DNA of 64,000 bases, taken from NCBI GenBank assembly GCA_030696105.1, contig JAUYNJ010000004.1, forward strand, positions 141,872 to 205,871, written 5' to 3'. Positions 1 to 10,307 of this stretch are shown here, in pieces. This DNA is from a bacterium. Its GTDB lineage: Bacteria > Patescibacteriota > Patescibacteriia > Patescibacteriales > UBA12465. Numbering within the stretch: the first letter of the stretch is position 1; each line of letters starts with the position of its first letter. Made by a program: the position numbers and the translations under genes. Below the pieces are notes generated by a model. That model was not told the origin of the DNA, ran no database searches, and was given only the letters and a program-made list of their open reading frames with translations.

Positions 1-419
1 TTGTATGATTCCTCATCAAAAGGGGCGTCTTCATCACCAGCAAACACCGAAACAGCCAATAACTTAGGATCTAGATTAAGCCAATCTTTGCCAATTAAAA
101 ATTCCCAGCTCCATGCGATTGCATCTTGCTTAAAGTAATCTCCCAAAGACCAGTTCCCCATCATTTCAAAAAAAGTATGATGCGTCGCATCTCCCACCTC
201 ATCAATATCATCAGTGCGAATACATTTCTGCGCATTAGCCAAACGAGCACCGGCCGGATGTTTCGCTCCCAGTAAATATGGCACTAAAGGATGCATCCCA
301 GCGGTCGTAAATAAAACGCTCGGATCATTTTCGGGAATCAAAGAAGCACTGGAGATGATGGCATGCTCCTTGCTCTTGAAGAAATCCAAATATTTTTGTC
401 GTAATTCGTTAGCAGTCAT
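1..419 (-). CDS. alaS: Alanine--tRNA ligase, N-terminal part (runs off the left window edge)
   Basis: Manual translation from ATG at 419: [14 protein letters not shown]...[14 protein letters not shown]...[33 protein letters not shown], the typical AlaRS N-terminus. Not in the ORF track. Confidence 0.95.
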   Translation of the reverse strand, partial: MTANELRQKYLDFFKSKEHAIISSASLIPENDPSVLFTTAGMHPLVPYLLGAKHPAGARLANAQKCIRTDDIDEVGDATHHTFFEMMGNWSLGDYFKQDAIAWSWEFLIGKDWLNLDPKLLAVSVFAGDEDAPFDEESY

Positions 420-425
420 AATAAA

Positions 426-1448
426 TTATATAATATTCACTTCTGGTTCAATTTTTAAACCAAACTTTTTAAATACTCCGGCCTGCACGCGTTTTACTTG
501 CGCCAGCGCTTGTTTGGCGGTCGCGCCACCATAATTAACGAGAATTAAGGCCTGCTTTTCATACATACCGACTGGACCGAAGCGTTTACCCTTGAAACCA
601 GCTTGCTCTATTAGCCAACCAGCAGGAATCTTAATGAGTGATGGTTTTGAGCCAGGAAAGAATTTAATGTCAGGAAATTTCTGTTGTAATTTTTTAAAAC
701 CGGACACAGACACCTCAGGATTCTTAAAGAATGACCCAGCGTTTGGTAACACTGCCGGATTAGGCAGCTTGCTATCGCGGATTTGTCTGATGATCTCAGC
801 AAGCTCAATGATGCTCGGACTTTTTATTCCCTTCTCTTCAAGCATTCTTTTTATATCGCCGTAATCAACCCGTAATCTTGGGCGCTTACTCAGTTTCAAA
901 ATAACGCTGGCAATAAAATATTTGTCTTTAAACTTTTTCTTGAACACACTGTCACGATAACCGAATTTACACTCTGAAGCTTTAAAGACTTTCTCTTTGC
1001 CAGTTTTTAAATCTACCGCTCTTAAACTATGAAATATCTCCTTAAGCTCAACTCCATAAGCACCAATATTCTGCATTGGCGCTGCCCCGACAGTGCCCGG
1101 AACGTAATACAAATTTTCAGCCCCGCCCCAGCCACGCTCCACTGCGAAATATACGAGTGAGCTCCACCATTCACCGGACCGAGCCTCTACCCAAGCAGAA
1201 GTATCAGTTTCCTTTACCACGCGCACACCCTTTAACTCATTCTTCAACACTAGCCCCGGAAAAGGCTTAGTCATTAAGATATTTGACCCGCCCCCAAGAA
1301 TCATTATCGGGACTTTCTTGTTTTTGGCGAAAACGATGGCTTCGAGTAAATCTTCTTCCTGTCTTATAATACTAAAATAAGCCGCCTTGGCGCCTATTTT
1401 TAGCGTTGTATACTTCGTTAAGTCAACTTTCTCGTTAATAGTAAGCAT
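426..1448 (-). CDS. murB: UDP-N-acetylenolpyruvoylglucosamine reductase
   Basis: Motifs ILGGGSNIL, PGTVGAAPMQNIGAYG, FGYRDSVFK, NAGSFFKNP and C-terminal EPEV. Confidence 0.95.
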   Translation of the reverse strand: MLTINEKVDLTKYTTLKIGAKAAYFSIIRQEEDLLEAIVFAKNKKVPIMILGGGSNILMTKPFPGLVLKNELKGVRVVKETDTSAWVEARSGEWWSSLVYFAVERGWGGAENLYYVPGTVGAAPMQNIGAYGVELKEIFHSLRAVDLKTGKEKVFKASECKFGYRDSVFKKKFKDKYFIASVILKLSKRPRLRVDYGDIKRMLEEKGIKSPSIIELAEIIRQIRDSKLPNPAVLPNAGSFFKNPEVSVSGFKKLQQKFPDIKFFPGSKPSLIKIPAGWLIEQAGFKGKRFGPVGMYEKQALILVNYGGATAKQALAQVKRVQAGVFKKFGLKIEPEVNII

Positions 1449-1491
1449 AAACTACATTATAACCCGAAAATAGCATAAAAGTCCATATTAA

Positions 1492-3279
1492 CTAGTGTAA
1501 GGCGCCGACTTCCTGCAGCTTGATTAGCTTGGAGTACAGGCCCCCGTTCACGCGCATCAGACTGGCGTGATTGCCCTGCTCAATTAACTTACCATTCTCT
1601 AACACAATAATCTTGTTTGCTTGTTGAATTGTACTCAAGCGGTGAGCAATAATTAGCACCGTGCGGTTGCGACCAACGCGGGCGAGAGCCTCTTGAATTA
1701 AGCGCTCACTCTGACTATCAAGATTTGAGGTCGCTTCATCGAAGATGAGTATCCTCGGGTCAGCTAAAATTGCGCGTGCAATACCAATGCGCTGACGCTG
1801 ACCACCCGACAATTTTATCCCCCGTTCACCGACCATAGTTTCATAGCCCTTTTCCAGCTTCACAATAAATTCCTCGGCGTTAGCGATGCGAGCGGCAGCG
1901 GTAATTTCTTTGTCGCTCGCTTCTGGCTTAGCATAGGCGATATTTTCACGGACACTAAGATCAAAGATTTCCACCTCCTGCGGCACAATTGCGAGGAAGC
2001 GACGATATGAAGCTAAGTCATATGTTTTTATATCCTTCCCATCAACCAAAATTTTTCCTGAAGTCGGATCATAGTGACGATACAAGAGACGAGCCACGGT
2101 CGTTTTACCACCACCCGAAGGGCCAACAAAAGCAACAATGCTCCCAGCGCTGACCTTGAAACTTACCTTGTTAATCGCCTTCAGTTTTGCTCCCTTATAC
2201 TTGAAGGTGACATCCTTAAATTCCATTGAACCGTCCATCTTATCAATCGTGAGCGCATCTTTGTGATTCTGGATGAAACTCGGTGTCTTTAGGAGTAATA
2301 ACAAGCGACTCACACCCTCACGACCCTCTTCAATGCGGTCATAGAAGCGCGTTAGACGGAACATAGCGGAGTAGGCCTTCTCGCTAAGCGTAAAGGCAAA
2401 AATCAGGGTACCGATGGTCATGCTACCCGTATAAACCAAATACACGCCGAGAAAGAGCACGCTTGCACGCCCGATATTTGATACCAAATTGCGACCCAAG
2501 CCAACCTTCATCATCCAGCCCCATTGTTTAATGCCGTTAGTATATATCCTCTTCTTAATCTTTTCGTATTCTGACAACTCTCTTCCCTCCTGCACAAAAG
2601 ATTGCACGGCGTTAATATTAATAATCGCCTGCCCCATTTTGCCAGATGCCACTTCATACGAGCGATATATTTCTTTGCGTATCGGCAACATGCGACGATT
2701 AGACCAGTAAGTAATGTATATAAAAGAAGGCGCGAAGAAAAGGAAGGAGGCGCCAATGCGCCAGTCAGCCCAAAATAATGCAATGACGGTGAAGGTGATT
2801 TGAATTAAAGTTGGTATTACCTCCCAAGTAATGTTTTCAGATAAGTGGGCAATACGATCAATGCCGCGGTCAATCTTCGTAATCTTCCCACCGGTATTTT
2901 CACTCTCATGATAACCGAGGCTGAGGTCTAATAATTTAGCCTGTGCTTGTAAGGCAAAATCGTATTCTATTTTCAGACTTAACTTGATTATCGCCTTATC
3001 ATTAAAGAACTGCAGAATTGAGCGGAACTGATCGGCACTAAAATAAAGAGCGATAAGCCAGAGCAGAAAAGACAAATCGATATTTTCAAAATCATACAAA
3101 CCATCAATCGCTAGTTTTAAAATATACGGCAACGACAAATCAGCGACTGCAATCACGAGAGTAAGTACAAAGACAAGTCTCATAATACGCCGAAAAGGCG
3201 CCGTTAAGCGCCATAACTCTCGCCAAAATTCGCCCCAAGGCAGCGTTGGCAGCTTTTCTTCTTTCTCCTGTTTATTCAT
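1492..3279 (-). CDS. ABC exporter, fused permease/ATP-binding (MsbA-like)
   Basis: N-terminal TM helices, Walker A GPSGGGKTT, signature LSGGQRQR, Walker B ILIFDEATS, H-loop IAHRLST. Confidence 0.92.
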   Translation of the reverse strand: MNKQEKEEKLPTLPWGEFWRELWRLTAPFRRIMRLVFVLTLVIAVADLSLPYILKLAIDGLYDFENIDLSFLLWLIALYFSADQFRSILQFFNDKAIIKLSLKIEYDFALQAQAKLLDLSLGYHESENTGGKITKIDRGIDRIAHLSENITWEVIPTLIQITFTVIALFWADWRIGASFLFFAPSFIYITYWSNRRMLPIRKEIYRSYEVASGKMGQAIININAVQSFVQEGRELSEYEKIKKRIYTNGIKQWGWMMKVGLGRNLVSNIGRASVLFLGVYLVYTGSMTIGTLIFAFTLSEKAYSAMFRLTRFYDRIEEGREGVSRLLLLLKTPSFIQNHKDALTIDKMDGSMEFKDVTFKYKGAKLKAINKVSFKVSAGSIVAFVGPSGGGKTTVARLLYRHYDPTSGKILVDGKDIKTYDLASYRRFLAIVPQEVEIFDLSVRENIAYAKPEASDKEITAAARIANAEEFIVKLEKGYETMVGERGIKLSGGQRQRIGIARAILADPRILIFDEATSNLDSQSERLIQEALARVGRNRTVLIIAHRLSTIQQANKIIVLENGKLIEQGNHASLMRVNGGLYSKLIKLQEVGALH

Positions 3280-3302
3280 ACTAATTTTTTACCACTTCCT
3301 CT

Positions 3303-4697
3303 CTATCTCTTAATCAATCTCTCTCCCACTCGAAAGATGTCGCCGGCGCCAATGAGGAGTAGGACGTCGTTTGGTTTCAAGGTCTTTTTAAGCCAGCTTA
3401 AAGCATCGTCAAAATCTGCTAAGTATTTCGCTGGTTTTTTTCGTCCCTTGGCTTTTAAACCAGAAATTAAATCGCGACTAGATATTCCTCCCTGCACTTC
3501 GCGGGCAGAACCGTATATCTCTAAAATGCCAAGAACGTCTGCTTCGTCAAAGCTGGTCAGGAATTCTTTATACAAAGCCTTGGTACGGGTAAATGTATGC
3601 GGATGAAACACGGCGACGAGTCTACGTTTAGGAAACGATTCCTTGAATGATTTAAGGGTTGCTTTCACTTCAGTGGGGTGATGCCCGTAATCATCATAAA
3701 CAGGCATGCCCTGATACTTACCCATTAATTCCGCCCGCCTTGCCGTGCCCTTAAATCCGGCTAAAGCTTTTTTCAAATTACGAGGATCAAGACCGAGAGC
3801 GTAAGCGCTTGCTAAAACGGCGAGGGCATTTTCAATATTATGGTCACCAAACAATTGAATTTTAAATTCGCCAAAATCATTCACCTGAAAATATTGCCAG
3901 CCATCCTCACGACGCACGGAATGGCCGAGGAGGGTTACGTCAATCTTCGATTTAAGTTTCGAGGCTAAAGCATAAGTAACAAGCTTGCCCTTAACGGTCA
4001 GCAGGAGTTTTCGAACTTGCGCATCAGCGACGTTTGCAACCAGGAAGTCATTCTTTTTCAACTTAGCTGTGAAACGAGCGAAAACTTCGTAATAGGATTT
4101 GTGTGTTTTGAAGAAATCGGGGTGATCGTAATCAATATTATTTAACACAATGCCTTGAGGCAATAAATACTGCAGTTTATCTAAATACTCGTCCGCTTCA
4201 GCTACAAAATACTCCGACTTCCCGCGAACAGCGCTCGCTTTAAACTGTGGCACGCGCGCGCCGACAAGCACGCTCGCATCAACGCCAAGGTGACGCAATA
4301 CATAACCGAGCCAAGCAGTCGTTGTTGTCTTGCCATGGCTACCACAAACAGCAATACCTTTGTAGGAATTAAAAAGCGCGCCTATAGCCTGCGCGTAGTT
4401 TAAAATCGGGAGGTCAAAGTTTCTCTTATTCGCCTCCACAAAACGCATCTCCTCATTATTTTCAGCATTAAAGGCAGCGGAATAAATAATCACGGCGTCA
4501 GTTGGAATAAGCGAGGCATCGAAGCTTGAGCGGAAGCGTATCCCCTCTTTCTTTAGCACCTGATCGGTCATGAAAACATCGGCAATATCAGACCCGCTTA
4601 CCTGTCGCCCAAGTCCATGTAAAAACTGAGCTAGCATTGTCATACCAACCCCCTTAATACCGATGAAATAAAACTTTTTGTATTTACGCAAATCCAT
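3303..4697 (-). CDS. murC: UDP-N-acetylmuramate--L-alanine ligase
   Basis: FIGIKGVGM, GSHGKTTTT, EADE, DHPD, DDYGHHPTEV, HPHTFTRT. Start moved to ATG at 4697 (MDLRKY), which abuts the murG stop. Confidence 0.94.
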   Translation of the reverse strand: MDLRKYKKFYFIGIKGVGMTMLAQFLHGLGRQVSGSDIADVFMTDQVLKKEGIRFRSSFDASLIPTDAVIIYSAAFNAENNEEMRFVEANKRNFDLPILNYAQAIGALFNSYKGIAVCGSHGKTTTTAWLGYVLRHLGVDASVLVGARVPQFKASAVRGKSEYFVAEADEYLDKLQYLLPQGIVLNNIDYDHPDFFKTHKSYYEVFARFTAKLKKNDFLVANVADAQVRKLLLTVKGKLVTYALASKLKSKIDVTLLGHSVRREDGWQYFQVNDFGEFKIQLFGDHNIENALAVLASAYALGLDPRNLKKALAGFKGTARRAELMGKYQGMPVYDDYGHHPTEVKATLKSFKESFPKRRLVAVFHPHTFTRTKALYKEFLTSFDEADVLGILEIYGSAREVQGGISSRDLISGLKAKGRKKPAKYLADFDDALSWLKKTLKPNDVLLLIGAGDIFRVGERLIKR

Positions 4698-4698
4698 A

Positions 4699-5802
4699 TT
4701 ATTTTGCAAGCATTTCTTTGACAATTTTCGCTCCTTTAACGGCGGCATCGGGTGGCATCATCATCGCAATGTTCGCCGACAACTTCATTCTCTGCCCTTC
4801 GTGTTTATATAAATCGACAATTATTTCAGCAAAGTCCTCGCCATTACTCTCTTTTTCGTTAAGCACGAGCGCGGCCGCACGTGACTTAAAGTATTCGGCA
4901 TTATCTTCTTGATGCGAGTTTGGCATTGGCACCAAAACAGTAGGTTTCGCGGCGAGCGAGAGCTCCGTTAAAACTCCTAGACCCGAGCGAGTAATGACAA
5001 TGTCGGCAAGACTTAATAAGGCAGAAAAGTCATCATGCGCGAGATTTTCAACTACGCGATAGTTGGGGCGATTAGGGGCATCAAGACCTTTACCTCTGCC
5101 ACTAAGATGAATAATATCCCAATCAGCCGGTAAGTACGGTAAAGCCGAATAAACTAATCGGTTTAAGCCAAGGGCGCCAGAAGCGCCGCCGGTAATGAAT
5201 ATAAAGGGGTGAGAGCCGACACGATAGTTTGCGGCCGCGTTAGATCTTTGCTCTTCTGTTAATTTCCCAACTTCACTGGGATTGCCAATCAGCACAGCAC
5301 GGTCACCATAGTCTTTAAGTGATTTTTCAAAAGTAACAGTCAGCTTATGTGCAACTGGCGCCATCAAACGGTTGGCGAGCCCTGGACGTATATCTTGTTG
5401 ATGGATAAGAATCTTCGCGCCCATCAGCCTACCCGCCCAAACTACTGGCACGCTCGCAAAAGAGCCGGCTGAAATAATTAAATCAGGGCGCCGACGATAG
5501 AAAATAATCGAAACTCGAAAAAAAGCAGAAATAATGCGAAAGAAATCAATAAAGTTTTTTATAGAAAAATAGCGGCGCCACTTCCCTGCGGGCAAGGAAA
5601 TATAATCAGCGCCAAGCATTTTAAGCGCCTCATCAAATAACTTTTTCTCTAGTTCTTGATCATTGCCAATAAAAAGAAAATGCGCCTTAGGATTAAGCAC
5701 GCTATAAGCCGACGCTAAAGCGAGCGGTGCTGTACTCGGCCCACCCGTGCCACCTCCCGATATTACGATCAGCTTCTCCTTATCTTCTTTCATATTTTCC
5801 AT
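4699..5802 (-). CDS. murG: Lipid I N-acetylglucosaminyltransferase MurG
   Basis: SGGGTGG, HQQDIRPGLANR, IGNP, TGGASGA, HQEDNA; located between ftsW and murC. Confidence 0.92.
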   Translation of the reverse strand: MENMKEDKEKLIVISGGGTGGPSTAPLALASAYSVLNPKAHFLFIGNDQELEKKLFDEALKMLGADYISLPAGKWRRYFSIKNFIDFFRIISAFFRVSIIFYRRRPDLIISAGSFASVPVVWAGRLMGAKILIHQQDIRPGLANRLMAPVAHKLTVTFEKSLKDYGDRAVLIGNPSEVGKLTEEQRSNAAANYRVGSHPFIFITGGASGALGLNRLVYSALPYLPADWDIIHLSGRGKGLDAPNRPNYRVVENLAHDDFSALLSLADIVITRSGLGVLTELSLAAKPTVLVPMPNSHQEDNAEYFKSRAAALVLNEKESNGEDFAEIIVDLYKHEGQRMKLSANIAMMMPPDAAVKGAKIVKEMLAK

Positions 5803-6928
5803 GTTTACTGATATTTACAAGAATAGCAATGGCGAGCAATGTACTAATAATTGATGACCCGCCGGCCGAAACAAAAGGCAAAGGCACCCCGGTCATGGGA
5901 ATAAGGTTAATCATGCCGCCGATATTTAAGAAAGTTTGTACTAGCAGCCACGCGACGATCCCGGTAGCCAGGGCGCTACCAAAAACATCGGGCGCATTTT
6001 GCGCTACGCGAAGTCCACGAATAAACAGTAGCCCAAATAAAGCAATAAGGGCCGTCGAGAACAGAAAACCAATCTCCTCAGCTACAATCGGAAAAATCGA
6101 ATCACCCCAAACTTCCGGCAGATACATGAACTTCTGACGGCTTTGACCAAGGCCTCTGCCCGCCCAGCCACCTGAGCCAACGGCAATTAAGGATTGATTA
6201 ATTTGATAACACTCTTCTTGGGTGTCATAAGAAGGATCTTGATAGCAACGGAAGCGATCATTTTGATAGGTAGATTGTGCGTAGAATAATAAACCGGCTG
6301 CTAAGGCCGCAAACAATATCGTTAGTAGAATATGAGTAAATTTTCCCCCGGCAACAAAGAAGGCAGCAAAAGAGGCAAATAAAATGATAAACAGAGTGCC
6401 AAAGTCAGGTTGAGCCAACATCAGGGCGCCAATAACGGTCAGACTGGCTAGAAATGGAAAAATGCCTGTTCCTGCTTGATTAAGCTGACCCTTCTTCGCT
6501 TCAAGCCAGGTAGCAAGATAAATAAGAAAAGTAATCTTTACTAATTCCGCCGGTTGGAAAGATTGACCAAAAATAATAATCCAACTGCGGGCAGTGCCGT
6601 GATCTGCTCTTAGACCAGGAATAAAAACCGTCACTAATAATAAAACGGACGCCAACAACATCCAGACCGCATACTTACGCCAAAAACGATAATCAATACG
6701 AGAGACAATAAAAAAAAGACCGATACCGATACCGGCCGCAATCAACTGTCGAATGAAATAGTGATAGGTATTACCAAACTTGGCATAAGAAACAACCGCT
6801 GAGGCGCTCGAAAGCATGACAAGACCGATAATCAATAATGCGCCAACGCTAAACAATAACCAGCGATCAGGTTCATGCTCACTTGGGGTCGGCGAAAAGA
6901 AGTTCTTAATTTTCTTGGCGATTGTCAT
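5780..6928 (-). CDS. ftsW: SEDS peptidoglycan glycosyltransferase FtsW
   Basis: Multi-TM protein with FQPAELVK, QPDFGT, YQINQSLIAVGSGG..GRGLGQSRQK, TGVPLPFVSAGGSS; mraY-ftsW-murG synteny. Confidence 0.93.
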   Translation of the reverse strand: MTIAKKIKNFFSPTPSEHEPDRWLLFSVGALLIIGLVMLSSASAVVSYAKFGNTYHYFIRQLIAAGIGIGLFFIVSRIDYRFWRKYAVWMLLASVLLLVTVFIPGLRADHGTARSWIIIFGQSFQPAELVKITFLIYLATWLEAKKGQLNQAGTGIFPFLASLTVIGALMLAQPDFGTLFIILFASFAAFFVAGGKFTHILLTILFAALAAGLLFYAQSTYQNDRFRCYQDPSYDTQEECYQINQSLIAVGSGGWAGRGLGQSRQKFMYLPEVWGDSIFPIVAEEIGFLFSTALIALFGLLFIRGLRVAQNAPDVFGSALATGIVAWLLVQTFLNIGGMINLIPMTGVPLPFVSAGGSSIISTLLAIAILVNISKHGKYERR

Positions 6929-6934
6929 AAGGTT

Positions 6935-7984
6935 TTACCACTGGCGATCAGCCATAAATATCATCAAGCCTAAAACTGCCCCCATCGCTGCTACCACCCA
7001 AAAACGCATCACTATTTTTGACTCAGGCCAACCCATCGCTTGAAAGTGATGATGTATGGGCGCTGACATAAACACCTTCTTGTGCCGAAACCGTTTCGAT
7101 AAAAGCTGAATAATTACTGACAAAGATTCAATCACAAAAATCAGTCCGACGAGAGGCAAAATAAAGAGATTATTTGTGAGCATAGCGATAACACCGAGTG
7201 TTACTCCAAGACTCATCGCCCCCGTATCACCCATATAAAAACGAGCGGGTGGGATATTAAACCATAAAAAGGCAAGTAAAGCGCCGATAATAACCCCGCA
7301 GAAGGCGGCAAGCTCATATCGACCCATAGCGAAGGCGATAATACCATAGGAAGCGAAGGCAATCATCAAGGTCCCTCCTGCCAAACCGTCCAATCCGTCA
7401 GTTTCATTAACGGAGAATGAGGTGGAAACAATCACAAAAATAAAAACCGGAATATACCACCACGATATTTCAAAATTACCAAGGAACGGGACATGTAGCA
7501 CCGTCCAGTCGAGCTTGAAATAAAACCAGGCAGCCCCAGCAGCTGCAATCAACATATATATTAATAAGCGGTGCTTTAACTTCAGCCCGCCGCCACCAAA
7601 CATTCCCTTGCCACTAACATCGAGCCAATCATCAAATAGGCCGATAATAGCGCTCACCACTAAAGCGCCGAGTGGTAATAAAGTTTCCGAACGAGAAAAA
7701 AAGTTGAGATATTTAAATATTTCGCCGGGCATGACATCGGCCATGAAGGAAAAAAAGACCATAAACACCAAGACTGTTCCCCAGATGAGGATTCCTCCCA
7801 TGGTCGGTGTACCTGCTTTGTGCGCATGCAGCTGACTAAAGACCGGTGTATCACCACTGTTTCGGATTTGCTTACCAAGCTTATACTTATACAAAAAGTT
7901 TGTTAGCGCTGGCGTACAGATAAAGGCAAAGATAAAAGCGAGGGTGGAGAGTAATAAAATTTTAATCGTGTAAAAGACAATCAT
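6935..7984 (-). CDS. mraY: Phospho-N-acetylmuramoyl-pentapeptide transferase
   Basis: HKAGTPTMGG, GLFDD, NETDGLDGL, YMGDTG, APIHHHF. Confidence 0.95.
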   Translation of the reverse strand: MIVFYTIKILLLSTLAFIFAFICTPALTNFLYKYKLGKQIRNSGDTPVFSQLHAHKAGTPTMGGILIWGTVLVFMVFFSFMADVMPGEIFKYLNFFSRSETLLPLGALVVSAIIGLFDDWLDVSGKGMFGGGGLKLKHRLLIYMLIAAAGAAWFYFKLDWTVLHVPFLGNFEISWWYIPVFIFVIVSTSFSVNETDGLDGLAGGTLMIAFASYGIIAFAMGRYELAAFCGVIIGALLAFLWFNIPPARFYMGDTGAMSLGVTLGVIAMLTNNLFILPLVGLIFVIESLSVIIQLLSKRFRHKKVFMSAPIHHHFQAMGWPESKIVMRFWVVAAMGAVLGLMIFMADRQW

Positions 7985-7986
7985 AC

Positions 7987-8451
7987 TTAAGCGAGAAAGT
8001 TAATCAAATATAATGACATTAGCGCTAAGCCACCAAGCACTTGCGCTAAGATAGATGTTAAACCGAAGGCGTGTGACAAAAAATGAAAGTGTTCACGACG
8101 GGCGGCAAGCACAGCAACAACCCAATTCACCAGCAGGACCGAGAGGGCGATTAATGGAATTCGGAAAACATCGCGCGGCTCACCAATAGCATCAATACCG
8201 AAATCGACGTTGTAATGATAAACAAATAATTCGTCCCCCAGGGTAATGCTAAACATCCGGTAAGCAAAAAACCATAAAATAAGCTGTAAGCCTAAAGAGA
8301 AGAATAAATACCAACGATTAGGTAAATAACGCCAATAAGCCGCCATGGCGAAGGCTAGGCGTTGTCTCTGATTGTACCAACGTCCGTAAATTTGAAAATA
8401 AGCCATAAACAAAAAATAATAAGATGCCCATCTTTTCGTTAATTGTATCAT
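7987..8451 (-). CDS. Hypothetical membrane protein (about 3 TM helices)
   Basis: Hydrophobic segments with a YHYNVDFGID loop. Start uncertain (8407-8463); the longer ORF call overlaps the divergent gene. Confidence 0.6.
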   Translation of the reverse strand: MIQLTKRWASYYFLFMAYFQIYGRWYNQRQRLAFAMAAYWRYLPNRWYLFFSLGLQLILWFFAYRMFSITLGDELFVYHYNVDFGIDAIGEPRDVFRIPLIALSVLLVNWVVAVLAARREHFHFLSHAFGLTSILAQVLGGLALMSLYLINFLA

Positions 8452-8498
8452 ATTATTACCCATTTTAAAAATCAAGCAGATAATGATATAATAATGAT

Positions 8499-9608
8499 AT
8501 GTCTGAAAAAATAGCCAAAACAATCTGCCGCTTCGCCGAAGACCGAGGCCATAATTATTTGCACCTAGAAAATAAAGGGGGCAATCTTGTTTGCGCCTGC
8601 GGACATGGGCAAGGCGCTGATTACCTGCACCTAGATGAAAAGACTGAGTCAAGCGTCATTGAAACCTTCCGTCGCCTCGTTGGGGCTGCTGAAAATGACC
8701 TCTACAACGACAAGCGCTTCAAGATCGCGGACAAACGTTCCATTATTAGTGGTCGCGCCACTTTATTACCAGCCCTTGAAGGAGAAAAGCTAATTATCAC
8801 TTTAAGCTCAGAAAAACCGAGCGTTCGCCGCTTTGGCGCCCTAGGCTTAAGCCGTCCGCAACAAACAGTTTTAAAATCAATGCTGAAGAAGAAAGGTGGC
8901 ATTATAATCATTGCCGCTGAAGACGAAAACGGCAGCACCAGCACCTATTACTCCCTATTGCAAACAGCCGCGGCTCACCGAAGCGCTTATTCTCTTGAAA
9001 ACTTCCCTCTTCAGTCTCTAGATAACGTTAACATTATCAACCCTAAAAAATATGGCAGCGTAGAAAACGCCGTCATCAAGCTTTTAAAAACTGATAGCGA
9101 GTTAATTGGGGTTGACGCCACCTTAAGCTCAGCTGACATTAAAGCTCTCTGGCGAGCAGCTAACACAGGCCGCTTAATCATCGCAACTCTACCCGCTCGT
9201 AACGCTGCTGAGGCCTTAAATATTTTAAAGAAGGTGGGAATGAGTGCGCCTGAAATCGCCTCCCAGTTGTTACTAATCAATGCCCAGAAGTTATTTACCC
9301 GTCCCTGCTCTCGATGCTTACAAAGCGTCCCCTCATCACCACAACTCAAACAAACAATCCTGAAGCGCTGGACTATCGCAACTAAGTTCTGGCCTAAAAA
9401 AATATACGAAAGTCGAGGTTGCACTGTTTGTCGCCAAAAAACGACTGGGTCAAAAACGGCCGTGTTTGAACAGATGCGCTTTTTACCAGACGGTCGCCTG
9501 CAAGCTGGCTACGAACCACTTATCAGTAGCGCTCTCACTAAGGCTGGCCTCGGCTTAATAAGTATCGAAGACCTCGCTATCTGGGCCCTGTCAAACAAAA
9601 AGATATGA
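8499..9608 (+). CDS. PilB/GspE-family-like protein with degenerate ATPase motifs
   Basis: Fold cues GEKLIITL, LGLS, AANTGRLIIATL, AQKL..RPCSRC, GCTVC..TG..KTAVFE. Walker A/B and His box are degenerate. Confidence 0.8.
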   Translation: MSEKIAKTICRFAEDRGHNYLHLENKGGNLVCACGHGQGADYLHLDEKTESSVIETFRRLVGAAENDLYNDKRFKIADKRSIISGRATLLPALEGEKLIITLSSEKPSVRRFGALGLSRPQQTVLKSMLKKKGGIIIIAAEDENGSTSTYYSLLQTAAAHRSAYSLENFPLQSLDNVNIINPKKYGSVENAVIKLLKTDSELIGVDATLSSADIKALWRAANTGRLIIATLPARNAAEALNILKKVGMSAPEIASQLLLINAQKLFTRPCSRCLQSVPSSPQLKQTILKRWTIATKFWPKKIYESRGCTVCRQKTTGSKTAVFEQMRFLPDGRLQAGYEPLISSALTKAGLGLISIEDLAIWALSNKKI

Positions 9609-10264
9609 AGACTATCGTTGTCATTCCTGGACTAAATGAAGAAAAGCATATCGCCGACGTCATCAGCAAGGTAAAGCCCTTAGTAGACGTAGTTATTATG
9701 GTTGATGATGGCTCTAAAGACAAAACAGCGCTCATTGCCGCTGAAGCTGGAGCCATAGTGCGCAAGCACCCCGTTAATCTTGGCCAAGGAGCCTCTCTGC
9801 AGACTGGCAGTGATCTTGCCCTGTCACTTGGCGCTGATATTATTGTTCACTTCGACGCCGATAACCAATTTGCGGCTGAAGAAATACCAGAAGTGATTGC
9901 TCCGATTATCAAAGGAGGGGCTGATATTGTCTTTGGGTCACGCTTCTTAGGTAAAAAATCAGAACTTCCTTTTACAAAGAAATACTTAATCTTCCCGCTC
10001 GGACGTTTTGTTAACCGCTTATTCGGCGTTAAGACAAGTGATCCGCAAAGTGGCTTTCGCGCCTACACTCGCGAAGTAGCACAAAGCTTTCGCATCGATA
10101 ATAACCGCATGGCTCATTGTACAGAAATACTAGTTAAACTCAGTAACAGCCGCTGGCGTATTAAGGAAGTCCCAATCACCGTTACCTATCACGAATACGG
10201 ACAAAAATTTTCTGGGGGCATACGCATTATCAAAGATTTAATCATTCAGCAAATTAATAAATAA
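9605..10264 (+). CDS. GT2 glycosyltransferase, polyprenol-phosphate sugar synthase (DPM/GtrB-like)
   Basis: VVIPGLNEE, VDDGSKD, NLGQG, FDADNQ, GSRF, DPQSGFRAY, EVPITV. ATGA overlap with the upstream gene. Confidence 0.9.
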   Translation: MKTIVVIPGLNEEKHIADVISKVKPLVDVVIMVDDGSKDKTALIAAEAGAIVRKHPVNLGQGASLQTGSDLALSLGADIIVHFDADNQFAAEEIPEVIAPIIKGGADIVFGSRFLGKKSELPFTKKYLIFPLGRFVNRLFGVKTSDPQSGFRAYTREVAQSFRIDNNRMAHCTEILVKLSNSRWRIKEVPITVTYHEYGQKFSGGIRIIKDLIIQQINK

Positions 10265-10290
10265 AAAAGAGACAAGTATGAACTTGCCTC
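10263..10290 (-). terminator. Intrinsic terminator of the 10308-10742 gene
   Basis: Minus strand GAGGCAAGT-TCAT-ACTTGTCTC followed by T6. Confidence 0.7.
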
Positions 10291-10307
10291 GTAATGAGAA
10301 GAAATCG

